Positions 63,067-64,000 of a stretch of DNA of 64,000 nucleotides are shown piece after piece. The notes below the pieces were generated by a model. The model was not told the origin of the DNA. It did not search any database and was given only the letters and a program-made list of their open reading frames with translations. The position numbers and the translations under genes were made by a program. The stretch's first letter is position 1; each line of letters begins with the position of its first letter. The DNA is taken from assembly GCA_052142955.1 (NCBI GenBank), contig JBKQVW010000099.1, forward strand, positions 5,881-69,880, written 5' to 3'. The stretch is from Acidobacteriaceae bacterium (GTDB lineage Bacteria; Acidobacteriota; Terriglobia; Terriglobales; Acidobacteriaceae).

Positions 63067-64000
63067 CTAGAACACGAACTTGCCCTGTAACAGGATGTGG
63101 CGCGGGGTCCCGTTTCCGACCAGGATGTGGCCGTTATTGTTGGGTAGACCCAGGTTGATGTGGTTGTAGATATTCAAGAACTGGGCCTCGAAGTTGAAGG
63201 TCAGGTTTCTCCATAGCGGCGTCACCTTGTAGACGTCCGCGTCCATCTGGTTGAAACCGGGACCGGTCATGTAGTTGCGCGGGATGTTGTTGGGGAAATC
63301 GTTGTGGTAGGAGTCGCTTGGGATATTGCCGTAGTAAATAAACGTCTGGTTCTGATAAGGAGGGCCACCAGTATTCGCGTTATTGGCATCCCAGACGCTT
63401 GCGTTGAACCATTGACTGCGGGTCCGCTGGCCTTTCGGCAGTTTGCCAGTTTTGCCTGGGGCGAGATAGTAGGGGGATGATAACGCCGGTTGCCCGGTGC
63501 CGGTCGCCCATGGCATAAATGGGAGGCCGCTATGCCACTCGAAAAACGGAGAGAGGCTATACCCGCTGACGATGGCGTTCAGGAGGCCGTGAGCATTGCC
63601 CAGGAACCTTTTCCCCTTGCCGAACGGAAGCGTGTACTGGGCGTTGAACTGGATGGTCTTGGCGGGCAGGTTGGAGTCGGGCGCGTAGAGCCGGGCCAGC
63701 CGCTGAGAAACGGTATCTCCAGAGGTAAGAGGATTGGCAATATTATAGCCGGGAGTAACGGATGCTGGCGGCAGCGTCAAATCGCTCTCGCCCAGCAGCG
63801 TGGTCTCGCTGGTGGTCAGCGCTTTCAGCCAGGTAAAGTAGGCCTGCACCAGCAGGCCGCCGCCGAAGGTATGCTGCACCTGCGCCTCCAGCTCGTTGGT
63901 GTTGGCATAGCCGTTGTAGAGGAACTGGGAGGTGTAGTTGGAAACGCTGGAGGTGGCAAAGACCCCATAGGCGCGAGTGTCAGCCGGGATTGACTGGCTG
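63067..64000 (-). CDS. TonB-dependent receptor, C-terminal part (gene continues beyond the window)
   Basis: The frame is open to the window edge. Beta-barrel repeats, NIYNHINLG and the terminal ...LLQGKFVF. Confidence 0.75.
   Translation of the reverse strand, partial: SQSIPADTRAYGVFATSSVSNYTSQFLYNGYANTNELEAQVQHTFGGGLLVQAYFTWLKALTTSETTLLGESDLTLPPASVTPGYNIANPLTSGDTVSQRLARLYAPDSNLPAKTIQFNAQYTLPFGKGKRFLGNAHGLLNAIVSGYSLSPFFEWHSGLPFMPWATGTGQPALSSPYYLAPGKTGKLPKGQRTRSQWFNASVWDANNANTGGPPYQNQTFIYYGNIPSDSYHNDFPNNIPRNYMTGPGFNQMDADVYKVTPLWRNLTFNFEAQFLNIYNHINLGLPNNNGHILVGNGTPRHILLQGKFVF

Overview
A 64-kb chromosomal window from a GC-rich diderm bacterium. Core genes look about 60 % G+C by eye. The protein styles look Acidobacteriota-like (TonB-dependent receptors ending ...GKFVF, a fused bc/caa3 operon, a HemQ-type gene), but this is an impression, not a test. 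I call about 55 protein genes, one tRNA-Ala(CGC), no rRNA and no CRISPR array.

The left two thirds are dominated by haem and respiration. They hold a three-gene porin-cytochrome module (decahaem cytochrome, 850-aa outer-membrane barrel, monohaem cytochrome c). They also hold a chlorite-dismutase/HemQ-family gene and a hemX-hemA-hemC-hemD operon. One long minus-strand operon joins a caa3-type oxidase (ctaC-ctaD-ctaE), an unknown 7-TM protein, a dihaem cytochrome c, a Rieske protein and a cytochrome b fused to a cytochrome c, with ctaG just downstream. Housekeeping genes fill the gaps: glgX, nth, mutS-nagZ-anmK, an ABC substrate-binding protein, a CNNM/CorC protein and a VapBC pair.

A sugar-acid biosynthesis cluster (NeuB-like synthase, KdsC-like phosphatase, a 607-aa ThDP enzyme, an SDR) lies at 36-40 kb.

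At 42.75 kb, tRNA-Ala is followed by an intact P4-type integrase and a roughly 1.4-kb graveyard of gene fragments. These are an internally deleted second integrase, a PP-loop/HTH-zinc-ribbon chimera and a TonB-receptor C-terminus.

The right third looks lower in G+C in parts. It carries a tightly coupled nine-gene operon of unassigned catabolic function under a divergent IclR regulator, and secreted proteins of unknown function. It also carries a nitrilase gene bracketed by identical 15-mers, a 309-bp MITE-like element with 24/25-matching terminal inverted repeats, and a GH20-like hydrolase next to a TonB-dependent receptor.

The best candidates for undescribed biology are the porin-cytochrome module, the complex III-IV operon with its unknown 7-TM subunit, the NeuB/ThDP cluster and the IclR-controlled operon. 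All family assignments come from reading motifs by eye. No database search was run.
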